A stretch of DNA of 10,053 nucleotides from Octopus sinensis (Eukaryota). Positions within the stretch are counted from its first letter, which is position 1. Each line of letters starts with the position of its first letter. The DNA is taken from NCBI RefSeq assembly GCF_006345805.1, contig NW_021827625.1, forward strand, positions 1-10,053. Reading direction: 5' to 3'. Below are positions 8,314 to 10,053 of this stretch, in pieces. A model generated the notes under the pieces. That model was not told the origin of the DNA. It made no database searches and saw only the letters and a list, made by a program, of their open reading frames with translations. Position numbers and translations under genes: made by a program.

Positions 8314-8435
8314 ATATATGAGAAGATCTCGCAAGGCTAATAACGCTGCATTCGACGTTCTAACAAGGCATCTGTGTTTAAAGTTGGATTCAAAGATTGA
8401 CTTTCGGTATCAATATTGCTTCGCTTGCGATGATC

Positions 8436-8772
8436 GATCTTTGCGTCTTTCCTCAGATAATTGTTGTCTCAGATTCTTTTGTACAGTCTGCCGAATGCAC
8501 AGCTTGCTTTTATCAGTCTACTATCAATCCTTTCGTTGATCTTCGCTTCAGACGAGATGATGCACTCCCGGGAGCTGAACGAGTGGGCTGTCTTCAGTTT
8601 AGTTTCGTCAATTGGGATACACGGAGGGTAGGAATCTCCCGAAGGTGTAGGCTAATAGGGAACTTCTGCCTTGTTCAAATTGACTTCATTTATGAAAAGC
8701 TCGATAGCTTCTGCAAAATATGATATCGTACATTGCCAAGTTGACTCTGTGTAGGAAGTAAGTCGTCGGCAA
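8436..8772 (-). pseudogene. RTE-clade LINE RT/thumb remnant
   Basis: One frame with two stops: SYTESTWQCTISYFAEAIELFINEVNLNKAEVPY*PTPSGDSYPPCIPIDETKLKTAHSFSSRECIISSEAKINERIDSRLIKASCAFGRLYKRI*DNNYLRKDAKI. This matches the RTE pattern FAEAAKLFGL..SLKKTEVLYQP...ISSDARIDKEIDNRLAKANSAFGRLYKRVWNNKHL. Confidence 0.88.
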
Positions 8773-9113
8773 ATTTTAAGGCGTGGCTGTGTGGTAAGAA
8801 ATTTGCTTCTCAACCACACGGTTCCAGGTTCAATCCAACTGCCTGACATCTTGGGCAAGTGTCTTCTACTAAAGCCTCAGGTCGGCCAAAGCCTTGTGAG
8901 TGAATTTGGTGGGCAGAAACTGAAAAGAAGCCCGTCGTGTGTGTATGTATATATATATATAGTTGTGTCTGGGAATCTCCCTAAGGTGTGGGCTAATAGG
9001 GAACTTCTGTCTTGTTCAAATTGACTTTATTTATGAAAAGCTTGGTAGCTTCTGCAAAATATGATATTGTACATTGCCAAGTTGACTCTGTGTAGGAAGT
9101 AAGTCGTCGGCAA
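8631..9113. repeat. 142-bp direct duplication (8631-8772 / 8972-9113) flanking a SINE C fragment
   Basis: Hand alignment gives 7 substitutions and no indels in 142 bp. Confidence 0.95.
8780..8961 (+). mobile_element. SINE family C, 5' half only (3'-truncated)
   Basis: 8771-8886 and 5847-5962 differ at 4 of 116 positions. Both copies continue into (TA)n and agttgtgtct. Confidence 0.9.
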
Positions 9114-9471
9114 GTAGCAGCTCCCGAATAAGCAATTCCAGTGATTTGGTGAGGAGTTACAGTCCGGACTGAGGAACAGCCACGCTCTAGGTGACAGTCG
9201 CTCCCCAAGGGGGTCCAGACTATTATGTAGGGTTGTCGCTGATCGGTAGAGGTGACCGTCTGGAAGGGATGTTCTCGTCGCTCCTTTCTGCCAACGGGTA
9301 GCCCCACGCTCACCGGTGCGCGATGTGAATGTAGATGCCATCTTTCTCATTCAGGATTTCCGTGGTTTTTACGAGTATCATACTAAGAAAGACGACGAAG
9401 AGAGTAGGCGCGATGATGCAACACTGCTTTACACTGATTTCCCTTAAGAAGGGCTTTAACAGTTCGTTGTG
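8972..9471 (-). pseudogene. RTE-clade LINE reverse transcriptase core remnant, interrupted by a 116-bp insertion
   Basis: Minus strand reads HNELLKPFLREISVKQCCIIAPTLFVVFLSMILVKTTEILNEKDGIYIH (cf. GVKQGCVLAPTLF...DGVYI). It continues TKSLELLIRELLLADD (cf. LIRELLFADD catalytic motif; gcc gac gac at 9103-9111), then frameshifts to SYTEST...FAEATKLF...KTEVPY*. Confidence 0.9.
9188..9303. other. Unidentified 116-bp GC-rich insertion flanked by an 8-bp direct repeat
   Basis: ccacgctc at 9180-9187 and 9304-9311; 66/116 G+C. It interrupts the RT between DGIYIH and LF. Confidence 0.7.
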
Positions 9472-9559
9472 TCACTTTTGCAGTGCTTCCGGAACCGCTC
9501 TCCGGTAGCGGCTTACATCCAGATAGAACGGTAAATGAGGAATTTAATTCTGAATTTCC

Positions 9560-9775
9560 CAATTAAAATCTGAAAATATCTAGGCTTTTCGGTCACGCGC
9601 AAAACAGTGTTTTATATTTTAAAGTTGTGGAGGCGGTCGAGGTGGTGGAGGGTCAATGGGATGCTGTGACGTTAATGCTTTTCCCAAAAGCCTCGAATGA
9701 TGTATGTGAAGTGAACTTGTGCCAACCGGGAGTCGACATCAGGCCGCTGGGAGCTTGCTTGCCTCCTTCTCTTAG
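9560..9775 (-). mobile_element. Possible highly decayed RTE 3'-terminal fragment
   Basis: Minus strand gcggcctgatgtcgactcccgg...tcattcgag resembles the AADRDSW...SFE region, and tgcgcgtgaccgaaaagccta resembles the terminal Cys/His motif region. The similarity is weak. Confidence 0.3.
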
Positions 9776-9830
9776 AGTATCTTAAACGCACTTCTAAAAA
9801 TACTTTTCTCATATACCCAGAGACAAACGG

Positions 9831-10044
9831 ATGTATGTATATATGTACGTATATATGTATGTACGTATGTATGTATGTATGTATGTATGTATGTATGTAT
9901 GTATGTATGTATGTATGTATGTATGTATGTATGTACGTACGTACGTACGTACGTATGTATGTGTATGTATGTATGTATGTATGTATGTATGTATGTATGT
10001 ACGTACGTACGTACGTACGTATGTATGTATGTATGTATGTATGT
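9831..10044. repeat. (TATG)n microsatellite with (TACG)n variant blocks
   Basis: Direct reading. Confidence 0.95.
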
Positions 10045-10053
10045 TACACACAC

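Noticed and set aside
8297-8723. Plus-strand ORFs of 80 and 108 aa, including a KANNAAFDVL...LDSKI stretch faintly like RTE
   Set aside because: They are mostly antisense to the clear minus-strand RTE frame, and the resemblance is too weak to call.
9027-9350. 107-aa and 106-aa minus-strand ORFs as intact genes
   Set aside because: They are chimeras of the 116-bp insert and off-frame or partial RT sequence; the true RT reading switches frames and contains stops.

Overview
Repeat-saturated, AT-rich, non-coding eukaryotic DNA. It is most likely from an octopus: the SINE families match octopus repeats as I recall them, which is an inference and not database-checked. I can support no host protein-coding gene. 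The supplied ORFs are antisense read-throughs of SINEs, microsatellite frames, or pieces of a dead retrotransposon. Contents: (i) about 12 copies or fragments of four tRNA-derived SINE families, labelled A-D here; (ii) a decayed minus-strand RTE-clade LINE reverse-transcriptase region (~7454-9471) broken by three insertions; (iii) a 32-bp minisatellite and many compound microsatellites. Most interesting: three hammerhead-ribozyme-like motifs, one with a perfect catalytic core at 7804-7837 at the edge of an unidentified insert. Also notable is a 142-bp direct duplication bracketing a 3'-truncated SINE whose near-identical sister lies 2.9 kb upstream, which looks like a template-switch event rather than retroposition.
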